In this document: piece by piece, positions 24,661-37,339 of the stretch
How the letters are laid out: each line of letters begins with the position of its first letter
Position numbering within the stretch: position 1 is the first letter of the stretch
Notes under the pieces: model-generated
Database searches by the model: none
Told to the model about the DNA's origin: nothing
The model's input: the letters and a program-made list of their open reading frames with translations, nothing else
Translations under genes and position numbers: made by a program
NCBI GenBank assembly: GCA_028534125.1
Contig: CM052816.1
Span: 30,506,001 to 30,570,000 of the forward strand
Direction of reading: 5' to 3'
Source: Lama glama
Lineage: Eukaryota
Length of the DNA: 64,000 bases

Positions 24661-26031
24661 TAACAAATATGAGGCATATGCACATTTTTCCCATTCTTAT
24701 AATTAGAGAACAGTGACTCCATGGTGAAATTTCCCATGAATAAGATAATTTTTGCCATTGGGTAAACTGCCATTTTCCACAGCAAATAAATAGCCTTTTT
24801 TTTTTTTAGCAGCAACTGTATAGTAAATTCAGTATGTATTTTCCTTTGTGAAGTATTAACAAATGTTCCTGGCATATAATTCAGTGTCTAGTAAATAGTG
24901 AGTATTTATTAAAAATGTGTTCTTCAACAAAGAAGGTATACAGATGGCAAATAAGAATATGAAAAGATGTGCAATATCATGTCATTTGGGAACTGCAAAT
25001 TAAAATAATGATGAGCTACCATGACACATTAATAGAATGGCTAAAATTCAAAACACCAATAACACCAAATGCTGGCAAGGATGCAGAACAGTAGGAACTT
25101 TCATTCAATGCTGGTGTGAATGCAAAATGGTACAGCCACTTAGGAAGACAGTCTGGCAGTTTCTTACAAATGAAACTATAGCTTAACAATCCAGCAGTCA
25201 TACTCCTTGGTGTTTACCTAAATGAGTTGAGATGTTTACACAGAATGCTGCACATGAATATCTCAAGCAGCTTTACTCACTATTGCCAAAACTTGGGAGC
25301 TACTGAGATTTCCTTTATTAGAGGAATGGATAAACTCTAATACATCAGACAATGGAATATTACATAACAATACAAATAAATCAGATGTCAATCAATGAAA
25401 AGGGGGAACTTTATGTACAATTCAGTTTTTCAAAAAACCCCATCAGAAATGTGCAGAACACCTAAACAGATATTTTTATTAAGAAAATATATAGATGGCC
25501 AACAGGCACATGAAATGATCCTCAACATTGCTCATTATTAGAGAAATGCAAATCAAATCAAGAGTGAGATGTCACCTCACACCTGTCAGATGGCTATGTT
25601 CAGAAAGTCTACAAATAACAAATGTTGGGGAGGGTGCCAAGAAGGAAACCATTGTATGCTGTTGGTGTAAATGTAAATTGGTGCAGCCAGTATGGAAACA
25701 CTATGGTGGTTTCTCAAAAACTAAAAATAGAACTAACATATGATTCAGCATTCCACTCCTGGGTATACATCTGAAGAAAATGAAAACACTAATTTAAAAA
25801 GATACATTCTCCCCAGTGTTTATAGCATCATTATTTATAATAGCAAAAATATGAAAGCAACTCAAGTGTTTGTTGAGAGACAAATGGATAAAGATGTGGT
25901 ATATGTACACATATATAAATATGTATACATATATGCACATAAATAAGGAAATATTACTCATCCATAAAAAGAATGAAATTCTGCCATTTGCACCAACATG
26001 AAATGGTCCTAGAGAATATTGTCTTTAGTGA

Positions 26032-27085
26032 TTATATATTCTTTTCTCCTTTGTCGAAGATTAATTGACCACAGGTCTGTGGGTTTATTTCTGGGCTCTC
26101 TGTTCCATTCCATTGATCCATATGTCTGTTTTTATGCCAGTACCATGCTGTTTTGATTACTGTAGCTCTGTAGTATTGTCCGGGAGGGTTATTCCTCCAG
26201 CTTCATTCTTTTTTTTTCTAATTTACTTTTAACATTTTTTATTGATATATAATCATTTTACAATGCTGTCAAATTCCAGTGTAGAGCACAATTTTTCAAT
26301 TATACATGAACACATATATTCATTGTCACATTCCTTTCTCTGTGAGCTACCATAAGATCTTGTATATATTTTCCTGTGCTATACAGCATAATCTTGTTTA
26401 TCTATTCTACAATTTTGAAATCCCGTCTATCCCTTCCCACTCTCCGCCCCCTTGGCAACCACAAGTTTGTATTCTATGTCTGTGAGTCTATTTCTGTTTT
26501 GTATTTATGCTTTGTTTTTATGTTTTTATTTTTTAGATTCCACATATGAGCGATCTCATATGGTATTTTTCTTTCTCTTTCTGGCTTACTTCACTTAGAA
26601 TGACATTCTCCAGAAACATCCATGTTGTTGCAAATGGTGTTATGTTGTCGATTTTTATGGCTGAATAGTATTCAATTGTATAAATATACTACAGCTTTTT
26701 TATCCAGTCATCCGTTGATGGACATTTAGGCTGTTTCCATGTCTTGGCTATTGTAAATAGTCCTGCTACAAACATTGGGGTGCAGGTGTCATCCTGAAGT
26801 AGGGTCCCTTCTGGATATAAGCCCAGGAGCAGGATTCCTGGGTCATGTTGTAAGTCTGTTATTCCTAGTCTTTTGAGGAATCTCCATACTGTTTTCCATA
26901 GTGGCTGCACCAAACTGCATTCCCACCAGCAGTGTAGGAGGGTTCCCCTTTCTACACAGCCTCTCCAGCATTTGTCATTTGCCTCCAGCTTCATTCTTTT
27001 CTTCAGTATTGCTTTCACATTTCTTGGTCTTTTGTGATTCCATATAATTTTTAGGATTATTTGTTCTAGTTCTGTGAAAAATGTC
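26032..27085 (-). mobile_element. Inverted internal L1 ORF2 fragment (own parts 26032-26212 and 27001-27085)
   Basis: Homologous to about 21540-21812 ([19 protein letters not shown] region); no poly(A). Confidence 0.85.
26213..26981 (-). mobile_element. Young L1, 5'-truncated, with TSD
   Basis: 19-bp TSD cctccagcttcattctttt at 26194-26212 and 26982-27000; ORF2 C-terminus [20 protein letters not shown]. Confidence 0.95.
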
Positions 27086-28659
27086 AAATAAGTGAGGCAA
27101 AGTGAGACAGAGAAAGACAAGTACTGTATGATATCACTTATATGTGGAATCAAATACTGAATCACTAATCTGTACACTTGAAACTAATACTGTAAATCAA
27201 CTATACTTCAGTTTAAAAAAGGACATGGAGGAATTTTAAAAGCATATTGCTAAATCAAAGAAGCCAGTCTGAAAAGATGACATACAATATAGTTCTAATG
27301 ATATGAGGTTTCTGGAAAAGGCTACATACTGTATGATTTCAATGATATGACAGTCTGGAAAAATTTGGTAAAAGTATAAGTGGTTTCTAGGATTTCAGTG
27401 GAAGAGAGGGAGGAACAATGAATAGGTAGAGAATCGGGAATTTTTAGGACAGCAAAACTGTTCTGTATGATAGACTAAAGAGGGACCCATTATACATTTG
27501 TTAAAACCCATAGAAAGAACTTCACAGCAGAGAGTGAACCCTAAGGTAAACTATGGATGTTAGTTAAATATAATGTATCTATATCAGTTCATCAATTATA
27601 ACTAAGGTATCACACAAATATAGGATGTAAATAATAGGGGAAACTCTATGGGAGTCAAGAGGAGAACGTGCAAAAACTCTATGTATTTTCCAATCAATTT
27701 TTTTCTATAAACCTAAAATTTCTGTAAACAACAAAGTCTATTAATTAAAAAAAAATGTGTTCCTAGTGAAAACCTCAACACATTTTCTTCAACTTCTCAT
27801 CCTTTCCATTCAGATGGACTATCAAGAGTACTAAATCTAGAGCCCAGAAGCAGAAGCAATCTTCTTAACCTTTGTGTACAAAGTTCTATTTGTCAGCTAT
27901 CCCCCAAATCCACTTTTAATTGTGGAAAGTTTGAGTTATTTCAAATATAAGATAAAAAAAGCAGTAAATTTCTTTAGGACAGTATGATTAGGGAATTTAG
28001 AGAACAAAATTCTTATGATATTTGAATGAATAACAATTATCACACAGAGCTTAATCTTTTTAAAGTCCATTTACATGGAAAATGAATCAGAATAAGATGT
28101 CAAGCCTCAGGGAATACAATCAAATCAATACAGTTACCTTCTCTATGCTTTTGGGTGTTTTTTCATGCTCTACTGCTTCCTACCTAAAAATCTTGCTGGA
28201 AATATTCCTCATAGTATAGAGAAAGTACATTTTAAAAATTGAAATCCAAACTCTTATAGAATATCAGAAAGGTACAGTCTGTTCAACATTTTCTACCTAA
28301 TACACAGTTTTAGGCCACAGTTTTAGGCCCTAAGTATATAAATAAAAAATGAGCATTAAATGGAAAGACAAAAAGTTCATAATCAACCTAATATTTTAAT
28401 GAATCTGGTTTTCTATTTTTTCCCTGCCTACATTCTGAAAGAACCAGAAATGTCTGTACCATCCCATTGATCAGGATGTCAAAGACACAAGTGGGCTTTT
28501 AACCATGTAACCTCAGAAAATGAGCACTGAGTAAAAATAAAACATGTAGGTTCATGAAGTGTGGGTGATGAGACACAGGAAATACAAAAAATGTTCTTTA
28601 TGCAATTTTACTATAATGAGGCTCTTGGTAGTGCAGCTACTGAAGAGTAACATAAGGTG

Positions 28660-29080
28660 TAAAGAAGACGGAAGATGGAATAAATTAGAACATACAAGTA
28701 TGCTGCTGGAAATGAGACAGTGGAGGTGGAAATGCATGGTGAGAGAAAAGGGGAGAAATGCTGGGGAGATATCCTGGAGTGGGTGCGAGGGAATGAAATT
28801 CAGTGCGTGAGTAGCAGGACTGACCTTAGTCATGACATGGACACATCACTGAGAGTAACAGGAGGGGATGTGGAATACATGGCACATATGCAGGAAGGTG
28901 GGGAGAGGAAGTAGTGGGAACCCAGGAATGCTCTTTTCTAATTGCACCTCAGAAAAATAGGAGACTCAGTCAGCAATTGAGTGATGATGACAAAGGGCTA
29001 GGAGCTGGAAAATTGCAGAGAGGGGAGTTTAGAAAGTTTGCTGTAAGCATGGGAACACAAATAGACAGAGAAAATACAGT
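28660..29080 (-). mobile_element. L2 fragment
   Basis: Purine-rich antisense L2 (gagtgggtgcgagggaatgaaattcagtgcgtgagtagcaggactgaccttag). Confidence 0.7.
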
Positions 29081-29179
29081 GAGAAGTACATCTTTTGTGC
29101 ATACTGTTGGATTTATACAACTGATAATAGCAGTCAGTACCTTGTTTTGAATTCTAAGAAGTAATACTATTAAATCATT

Positions 29180-29648
29180 AATACCGAGACTGAATATACA
29201 AATGGACACTAGCCAGACTCTATATGACAGTAGATCCTGCATCATATATGACCCACAGCTTCTTCAGCCACTGGTCAGGAAGCCAAACAACCACCTCTGT
29301 AGAATGGTCAGGACTTGGTCGTGAATGCAGTTTCCTTACATTCTGCCCCCACTTCTAACTCAGGATCAAGGAGAGAAAGCCAAATAAGCTTCCTGAACTA
29401 ATCACAGAAGATGGCCTGCTCTAGTTAGCCTGCCTCTAGCTGCTCTATGCCTTTCAACTTCCAATCAGAGTGTCCCTGAAGGCTTCCTTTTTTTTTTTTT
29501 TTTAAATGATAAAAGCTTACCTCCAGCACTTCCTGCCTTGGAGTCTCTTCAAATGCAAGAGATGGAGATTGACTCCCTGCTATATATAACAGACCATGAG
29601 AAAATAACCTTTTTGGTCTCATTCAGGTGGTCTTCATTTATTGCCACA
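29180..29648 (+). mobile_element. Old ERV solo LTR (ERV1-class, MER67/MER89-like; family uncertain)
   Basis: CCAAT motif (ccaatcag), TATA-like gataaaagctt, LTR-like end tcttcatttattgccaca. Confidence 0.55.
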
Positions 29649-29809
29649 ATAAAGTTTAAGCCATATTATGTAAATATTGTATTTTAAAAATCTATATGCA
29701 ATCAATTTATCATTTCAATAGAAAAAAAGCCAAACTGCTTGGTATTCTGTTAGTGACAAAACCAGTGAGCTTGTTGATTACTTATATTTTTCAATTAATT
29801 GTAGAAGAG

Positions 29810-30040
29810 AAAATGGCGTAGAGGCATAAGGGTGTACTTTGAAACAGGCATCCAAAGCCTCACTTCTTTGTCGTTACACATTAGCTGAATGCCTTTGGTA
29901 TACTTAATCTCTAGGTGTTACAGGTTTCTCATCAGTAAAATGGGATAATAACCACCATCTCCAAGGACTTGTCCAGAAGAATATATGCAGTATATCTAAT
30001 TCTTGGAACATAGTTGACTTACAAAGAATGCTATTTTCTT
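29810..30040 (+). mobile_element. MIR SINE
   Basis: tacttaatctctagg...tttctcatcagtaaaatgggataataacc; MIR core. Confidence 0.8.
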
Positions 30041-32082
30041 CTTGCAGTCTTCCCTCCTCCCCCTACTCAGTTATATTGACAGTGTGTTTATTATAAACAG
30101 CCTAAACATAATAAATTTTAAAAATACTCATTTTCTGTTCCCAGTAATCTGAAAAGAGTAATCGTCAGTGGAGCAAATCTGATGAGCAAAAAGAATAGTG
30201 TATGTGTCTCTACCAAGCCACAGTTACTAGATTTGTTTTTCAGGTAAAGATTTGTATGCTAGAACTGTTTTAAACACTGGTTTTCTAAGGGAGCTAAATC
30301 CCTGTCCTCAATCATTGTGGTCCAGGGCAGAGTACCTTGTCTTATTTATTTCATGGCCCCAATATTTGCACAGTGCCTGGTACAAGGGGGGATCCAGTGT
30401 ATTTTGGCTGAGAATGCACACACAGGGGGAATAGCTCACCCTTGCCCTGAGCTTTGTAGATAATCTCAGAGCAAGTTTTCAAACTCTCCCCTTACAGTTT
30501 GAGAAAGTTGTATGTAATTTAGGTGAAACAAGATAGATGCCAGTAGGTCTGATTCTATGAATTGAAAAACTGAGTAGAGTTTTTGATGAGCAACTAATTT
30601 TTAAGAACAAAGTTCTTACAGATTCCAAAATCTGTAATCATTGGAATATGAAAGTCTCTCTCTAGGACTTATAGAAACTCATTAATTTATATCTAGCTTT
30701 CACAAGTGGGTTAGTTCTGTGCATGCAGCAGCTGTATTTTTGGCATCGAAAACTTCCATTTTGCAGATCCAATTATAGTTAATTAGATTCATAAAAAGAA
30801 AAAATCCAGTTTTCATTTGTGTTCATCTGTAAACTGAATCCCTAATCATTATATGTATTTTACTAAATTTTAGTTAATAATACTCATGGTAATGTATATT
30901 GTTATAAAATTGGTACTTTTTAAAATGATAGTGATGTACATATTTATATAGTATCATTTTTTTTCCACAAATGCTATCTAATATGAGATGTTAGAAGCTT
31001 TTATTGACACAATAAAAGGCAAACTTTTTAAATGAAGAGAAAGTGATTCATTCAGATTTTATTTGCAAAATGTATTTTGTGGGTTTGCACAAAATAAATT
31101 TCTGTGGACTACCAACTCTGACAGATTATTCAGATGAATTCTGGTCATTAATTTTTTAAAATGCTATTCAAATCAGAGCAGTATTTATTTTTAAGATATA
31201 TTTTTATCACTCTAGTCTATCCAAAAATAGTTATTGGTCTATGGGAAGAATCATGAAGTAAGTATTTTAGAAAATTGACAGTCAATTGGAGCTACAAATG
31301 ATGAGTCTACAAAAAGTATAACATGTAATTCCGAGTTACTAAATGAAGAAAGCAGATATTAAAATGCTTTAACACTGTAGAGGAGGTATAATTGTTAAGG
31401 AGACAGTAAATGAAGGCTTGTTTTACAGGAAGGTACAAGTAGAGCTGAGCAAGAAAAGATGAATAACGTTAAAAATACATATTTTAGTAGAAAGGGCTTG
31501 ACTAAGCCAGATGAAGGGGCCAGTGTGAGCGCTGTTTTAACTGGTGAACTGGCAGGTGGTGCCTTGACTAATCTTAGGGATAGGCACTTTGCAAAGCAGA
31601 ATAATAGGGGACAGACTTGGGAAGTTGTTGTGGTAATCAGTGTACTCTTCGCTGTGTGCGTCTAACACCGTTCCTTGATATTACCTTGGATATGTTAAGA
31701 AAAATACAGTATCATAATTATAGGAAAAACAATATTGATAATATGTATCAGTGTCTTGTTATGATTTAATAGTTGACTTTGTAGAAAGCTACAGATAAAC
31801 AGTGGAAATTATTCCTGTCTTCAAGGAGTTTGCATTCAATTACAAACAGATACAGAAAATCCTAAATGTGCTATAATCATTCATTATCCTATTTACATAA
31901 TTTTGCAGTAATTGGCCATGGCAAATGCTTAGATAAATCAGAATTAACCTCGTTCAACCTCGTAAAGTGTTTTAGGAAATAAGTTTTGAGAAGAGAGTTG
32001 AAAAGTAGGCATTTCTCTGCATTCCTCCTTTTTCCTGGATGGGCAGGAGGGGGACAGGGGTCACTTTTATTCTTGACCTTTT

Positions 32083-32249
32083 TTAAAATTTTACTTTTCA
32101 TTGAAATGTAGCTGATTTACAATGTTAGTTTCAGGTGTACAGCAATTTTTTTTTCTTTTCAGATTCTCTCCATTATATGTCATTAGAAGAAATTGCATAG
32201 AGTTCCCTGTGCTATACAGTAGGTCCTTGTTGTTTATTTATTTTTTACA
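32083..32249 (-). mobile_element. Very short L1 3' end with TSD
   Basis: ttgaaatgtagctgatttacaatgttagtttcaggtgtacagc. 16-bp TSD ttattcttga/tcctttt at 32067-32082 and 32250-32265, followed by AA (TTTT/AA site). Confidence 0.85.
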
Positions 32250-33905
32250 TTATTCTTGTCCTTTTAATATAAGAGTAGCTTATTTTGCTCTTGCTTCTTG
32301 GATGGCTGGGACTTAAATACCCCTTTGAGTCACTAAGAAATACTTAAACAGAACTAGGAAGACAAATAGGAAGATCTGTTTAGAAAGCTAGAAGCTACAA
32401 ATGAATATCCAAAAAAAACTTTATCACTTAATCTAGAAATACTAATACTAAATACTAGTAAAGGAGCTAGTATGACAGCTACATACGGGGTCAGGTACAA
32501 CAATGCATGAACTCCTGATGGACTAAATGCAAATACAAAGCAATGTGATGCTTCTCCATGTTAACATGGAAACAAACCCCATTCTGTAACTTTCTCCATG
32601 GATCTTAATGATGAAGAATATAAGCTGAGCACATTTTGGTGAATTTGACATTTTGAGTAAATTTTACCTGTGTCTTGAAAAGGGAATTTTGGAAACACAT
32701 TTGTTTCCGACCAAGTAGGAAAAGTTACAGATACAGCATGAAAGGTAGTGATAAGATCTTTACCGCAAGAAACCTAGAAGACTTTTTCCCCCTTTTCCTC
32801 CCGTGAAGCCTGGAGACTGTTCAGTAACGAACAAGCACCGACTGTAGGATTTAATGAGCCACTCTGAGGAGATGCGATCTGACTTCCACTGCTAACTTCA
32901 GTCTTATTAAAACGAGACTGCGCATTTATCAGATGTCTGATTCTTTGGAATCCAAGCCTAGTGCACTAGAAGTGCTGCAGCTTCCTCACCATAACCCTTA
33001 TTCATACCCTCCTTAGAGCACATTTTCTGACTCGGTAACCATTACCATGCACACACTGATACTTTATTAAAAAAAAATACAGTGTCATTTCTGTCTCAGT
33101 GAAGCACTGATGAAATATTCAGAAGTTAAGCGTAAGTAATAAAAGGTTCACTTGGCTGGAAATAAGCTCATTATTGTTCGTTGCATTTGTCTCCTGTTTG
33201 ATGATCAGGGCCTTGGTACAGCGTTTTCTTTTGCCTCCTGCGTTTACAGAATATTCCCTGTGTTGTAACATCAGAACCTAGTGAGTAGAATGATTAACTT
33301 TTGGAGGTTTCATTATTTTGCCAATTGATTTGAATCATTCCATTTAAATGTTTTTAAAGAGTATTAACAAGGCCGTTTTGTAAGGTTGAAACTGTACCTT
33401 GAAGCAGGTTGAATGAAGATAAAGACTAAAAAAAGACATTGTGATTCACAGGCCATGTTGGGAAAACAAGGGTCCATCGATATATATTTAAGGTGATAAA
33501 GTGAGGTGATCCATTCTACTGCCCTGTTCAATTGTTAGTTAATTGAGCGATATCAAAAATTTGCCTTAAAACTCAGTAAACTGCAAAGAGTTGAATTCTG
33601 TAATGAACCAAGGTGATGTTCATGAGCGCTGTGCTGTGTTATCTGCACCGCATCTGCATAATAACCAATCCTGGTGCCACTCAGCTTCTCTCAACAGCCA
33701 TGGCTTAATGAGGTAGTTATCCACTTTTTAACACCACATGATTTTTTTTCAGTCTCATTCAATATCTGTAAGTGTCTGCCAGAAAAATCTAACAGTTCTG
33801 TATAAATGTTGCCTCTGATTTTCCTAAGCCTCCAGACTGACTTTAGCTGGTCTTCTTCATGGTACCAGGGAATTTGCCCTGCCTTCTAGCAGCATTGAGG
33901 GAAGG

Positions 33906-34399
33906 TGTATTAGCTTCCTACGGCCACCATAACAAAGTAGCACAATCTGAGTGGTTTAAAATAGTAGATATTAATTCTCTCACAGTTCTGGAGTCTTGAA
34001 GTCCAAAATCAGGGCGTTTGCAGGACCATGCTCTTGCTAAAGGCTCCAGAGAAGAATCTGTTCCATGCCTTTCCCATAGCCTCTGGTGTTGCTGGCAATC
34101 CTTGTCATTCCTTGGCTTGCAGATGTATCACTCAATCTCTGCCTTTATCAACACAGTCCCTTCTGTCACACACATTCTCCCTCTGTGTCCTTCCTCTGTC
34201 TTCTCTCTGTGCATGTGTCTCTGTGTTTCTTCTCTTCCTATACAGCACATCATAGTGGATTAGAAGCCCACCCTACTCCAGCATGACCCATCTTAATTAC
34301 ATCTGCAATAACCTTATTCCTGAAGAAGGTCACCTGTTGAGGTACTGGGGTTAGGAGTGCAACATAACATTCTGTGGGGACACTTTTCAACCCATACCA
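33906..34399 (-). mobile_element. MLT1B/C-type MaLR solo LTR
   Basis: tgtattagcttcct...ctcacagttctggag...aattacatctgcaataacc...tcaacccatacca. 5-bp TSD gaagg/gaggg. Confidence 0.9.
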
Positions 34400-34689
34400 G
34401 AGGGCAAGGCCAAGTGTACCAAGTTCTTAACTGCTCATTAGTTAGTTGGTTAATGACTATTTTCTATTGCTATTTTAATAGTCTTTATATTTTCATTTAT
34501 TTTACAGAAGATTGGAGGCAGTTTAAGCAGAAACATACAAAATATACTTGTGATTAAAGAAAAATATAAAGAGAACCAGAAAATACAAAATATAAATACA
34601 GTTGAGATGAGCAAGAAAAGAAGATAGAATAGAGGTTAGGGAAAGAGTGTGTGTTGGCTGAATACAGTGTAGGGGCAATTATCCAGATC

Positions 34690-34900
34690 TACGTTTGAAT
34701 AATAGCTTCCCTACTTACTGCTATGTGAACACGGGAAAGCCATCTAACTTTCTTTTCTCATATGTAATAAGAACAACCTTACTTTTTAGTCACCATGCAG
34801 TCTTTCGTTTAGGATCCAAAATAATTTATTGAGGCCATTTTGCCAAGCTTAGCACCATGCATGACAAAAGATACGCAGTAAATGATAGTCCTTACTCATA
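34690..34900 (+). mobile_element. MIR SINE
   Basis: ctacttactgctatgtgaacacgggaaagccatctaac...gcttagcaccatgcatgaca...cagtaaatgatag. Confidence 0.7.
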
Positions 34901-35105
34901 TATTAACTTAAAAAAACCCAAATATACTAACATTTTTAACTGTTGAGCATCTAGATTTGCCTTTGGGCTCCCCAGAAGCCAGAGCAAGAAGGATTATATA
35001 AGTAAATAAGTAATTATCACATTCAGACAAGGAGAAGCTCATTAGTTCTTTAGAGGAAGTCAACTTTTGAATGTATAATTTCTCAGAGATATTGCCATGT
35101 GAGAC

Positions 35106-35626
35106 CATTACCAAGTCCAAGCTCAAGCTGCTAGCCACAGGGCAGGCCAATAAATTGGGTGATGAGGTGTTGGGGCAAGGAATAACAACTTAATTTAGAA
35201 AGCCAGCAGATCGAGAAGATGAGGGACTAATGTCCTAGAGAACCATTCTACCCAACTCAGCATTTAGGCTCCTTTTATACTAAAGTGGGGAACGGGGTGT
35301 GGCTGGTAGTTGCATACCTCTTGATGTCAGAATCCTTTGTTCGTGCAGCTGTCCACGTAGGTCAGGTCATGACGTTCCTGTAAACCTCCAACTATGCAAA
35401 TGTTATTCTCTGTTCTGCAACTTTTTCTCTCTGTATGAGTGGAAACATGTTATACCCTTAAAGGTCAGAGCCTTGAGAATGGGCTGTCCTGTATGTTTGA
35501 GGCTATAGGCAACATTCTTTTACAAAAGATGCATAATCAGTATGACTAAGCACAGGAAACAGAGCACAGATTTAGAATCCAAGGAATAGATCTAATATGG
35601 AGTCAGATTTGTTCTTTCCTATTACA
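35106..35626 (-). mobile_element. MER41-like ERV1 solo LTR
   Basis: Reverse-complement homolog of 44899-45425; minus-strand start tgtaataggaaagaacaaatctgactccatattag; TATAAAA at 35273-35279 (minus). Family name recalled. Confidence 0.8.
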
Positions 35627-37029
35627 GGATTTTCTCCAGATCATTCTCAAGTCTACAGCAAAAATGGTCTTTGAAAAGGTGATACTGGATATTTTGAATG
35701 TTTGTTTCTTAGAACATTCTCTGAAAAATTTACACTATACAGAATGACAATACAAATCATCAAAGAACTGGGATATTTTTACTAGAGTATGTGCTGTTTG
35801 GTGACTATATAGTTTTTATTGTTAACAAACACCATTTTCTTCACTCATTTTTCTTAGAAGGGACGAAATAGCACAGTCTGTGTTTGAGGTGAGAGGAGAG
35901 TTTGCATAATAATTATCATGTTGCCCCAGTAGCATTACTCTTCGATTTGTATCATGTATTTCACTCACATAATAGTTAGGTGCCTGCTATATATATATTA
36001 AGTCTTCTCTGTTTGGGACTCAACAGTGAATGGAAACAGAATCTCTGTCATCACTGTGCTTCACTTCTAATGGAAGAAGACAGAGAACAAGGTTGTATCC
36101 CCACGTGGAGGTAGGTGGGTAGGTACCCCTGCGTGATGTTACCACCATAATCATCTGGAATACATAGTGTGTTTCTTACAACTATACTGGCTGAAATAGC
36201 TTAGAAGGAGAGAGGGAAGAGTCTGGTGGTGTCAGACAGGGTCTCAGAGCACGGCTGCCTGGAAAGCCCTCTGGGAGGCCATAGTGTACCCAGTTTCAGG
36301 GACTGTGTGAGTCTTGCTCCCCTACATATGATTTGTCTACACCCTGAGCTTAGTACCCTCCTCCTGGGACAGATGAAGGCTGGGACAGACTGGCCTTGTG
36401 GCCATGGCATCATCATGGCATCTTCCATGTTGCCATGAAGTTAAAAACCTTTCAGAAAGTCTGAGTCACATTCATAATGAAAGATCACTTTAAAACCTGG
36501 ACTTGTGCCAATCGTTTTTCTGGCTCCTTACCTGATTCACATTTTTTCCAGAACCCTATGCTCCCAGACGAGCTCCGTTTCCAGTCACAGGACAGAGTCC
36601 TGTCCGTCAGTCCCTCATCTGTTCCCCCTTGTGTAGCAGTCCAGTCAGGCCAGTGTGTCTTTCCAAAGCTCCTTAAACATCTCGTGACAATCTTGTCCAC
36701 TTAATTAAAAATCAAAATTAGCAAGATTATTTTACTCATTATCTGACCAAAAATATGCATTTTAGAAGATGGCTGCTCCAGTTTAGGGAGCAGTTTTGTG
36801 GATACTGAGGAAGATGAGAAAATCATCTTTCAGTCTTTCACACCCAAGTTGAGGTTTCCAGCATAACCGGCTGGTAAGACCCATCCAGGTGACTCCCCAC
36901 TGCCTGTATCTCTGCACCTGTAATAAGGAGATCATAAATACTATGTTAAGCAATATTGAGGTCTCTGTGTTGGGGGGGTGTATGTATATTCTAGCACTGG
37001 TTTTAAAAGTGTAAATAAATAAGTGACAT

Positions 37030-37339
37030 TGTTAAAATTTACTTGAGCCATATAGTCCCAGAAAACAGGCACAGTTGAGAAGTCCCTTTATCCTTTATTT
37101 TCTGAAATCATCCCTACCGTTTTGTGTTTTGAGAAACTGCTAACCACCAAGGACCACTTTGCCCTTGGTTTTCCGAAATAATAATCGCCACCCCGACTCT
37201 TCCTTACAACTTGCCTCCTTTATAAAAACCCAATTGTTCTCCTTTTTCTTTGATACATTCCTCATTAGTAACATTCTCTTTTTTGTGATCACCTACATGA
37301 AATCATCTCCTTAAGTACCTTGTGCATTATGTCTTTGCA
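37030..37339 (+). mobile_element. Old ERV1 LTR (MER90-like)
   Basis: tgttaaaatttacttgagccatat...tttataaaaaccc...atcatctccttaagtaccttgtgcattatgtctttgca. Confidence 0.5.

Larger units (their letters stand above)
25410..27220 (+). mobile_element. Intermediate-age L1 3' end nested in L1MC (own parts ~25410-26031 and 27086-27220)
   Basis: ORF 25528 (LIIREMQIK...CHLTPVR); 3' terminus tgtaaatcaactatacttcagtttaaaaaa. Confidence 0.85.
24923..27750 (+). mobile_element. L1MC1/2-like element, outer host of a nest (own parts 24923-~25410 and 27221-27750)
   Basis: ORF2 C-terminus plus 3' UTR (gaagccagtctgaaaag...agagtgaaccctaaggtaaactatgga). 12-bp TSD aaaaatgtgttc at 24911-24922 and 27751-27762, following a TT/AAAA site. 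Confidence 0.85.

Noticed and set aside
26689..27177. 162-aa ORF as a novel protein
   Set aside because: Accidental read-through across three nested L1 pieces.
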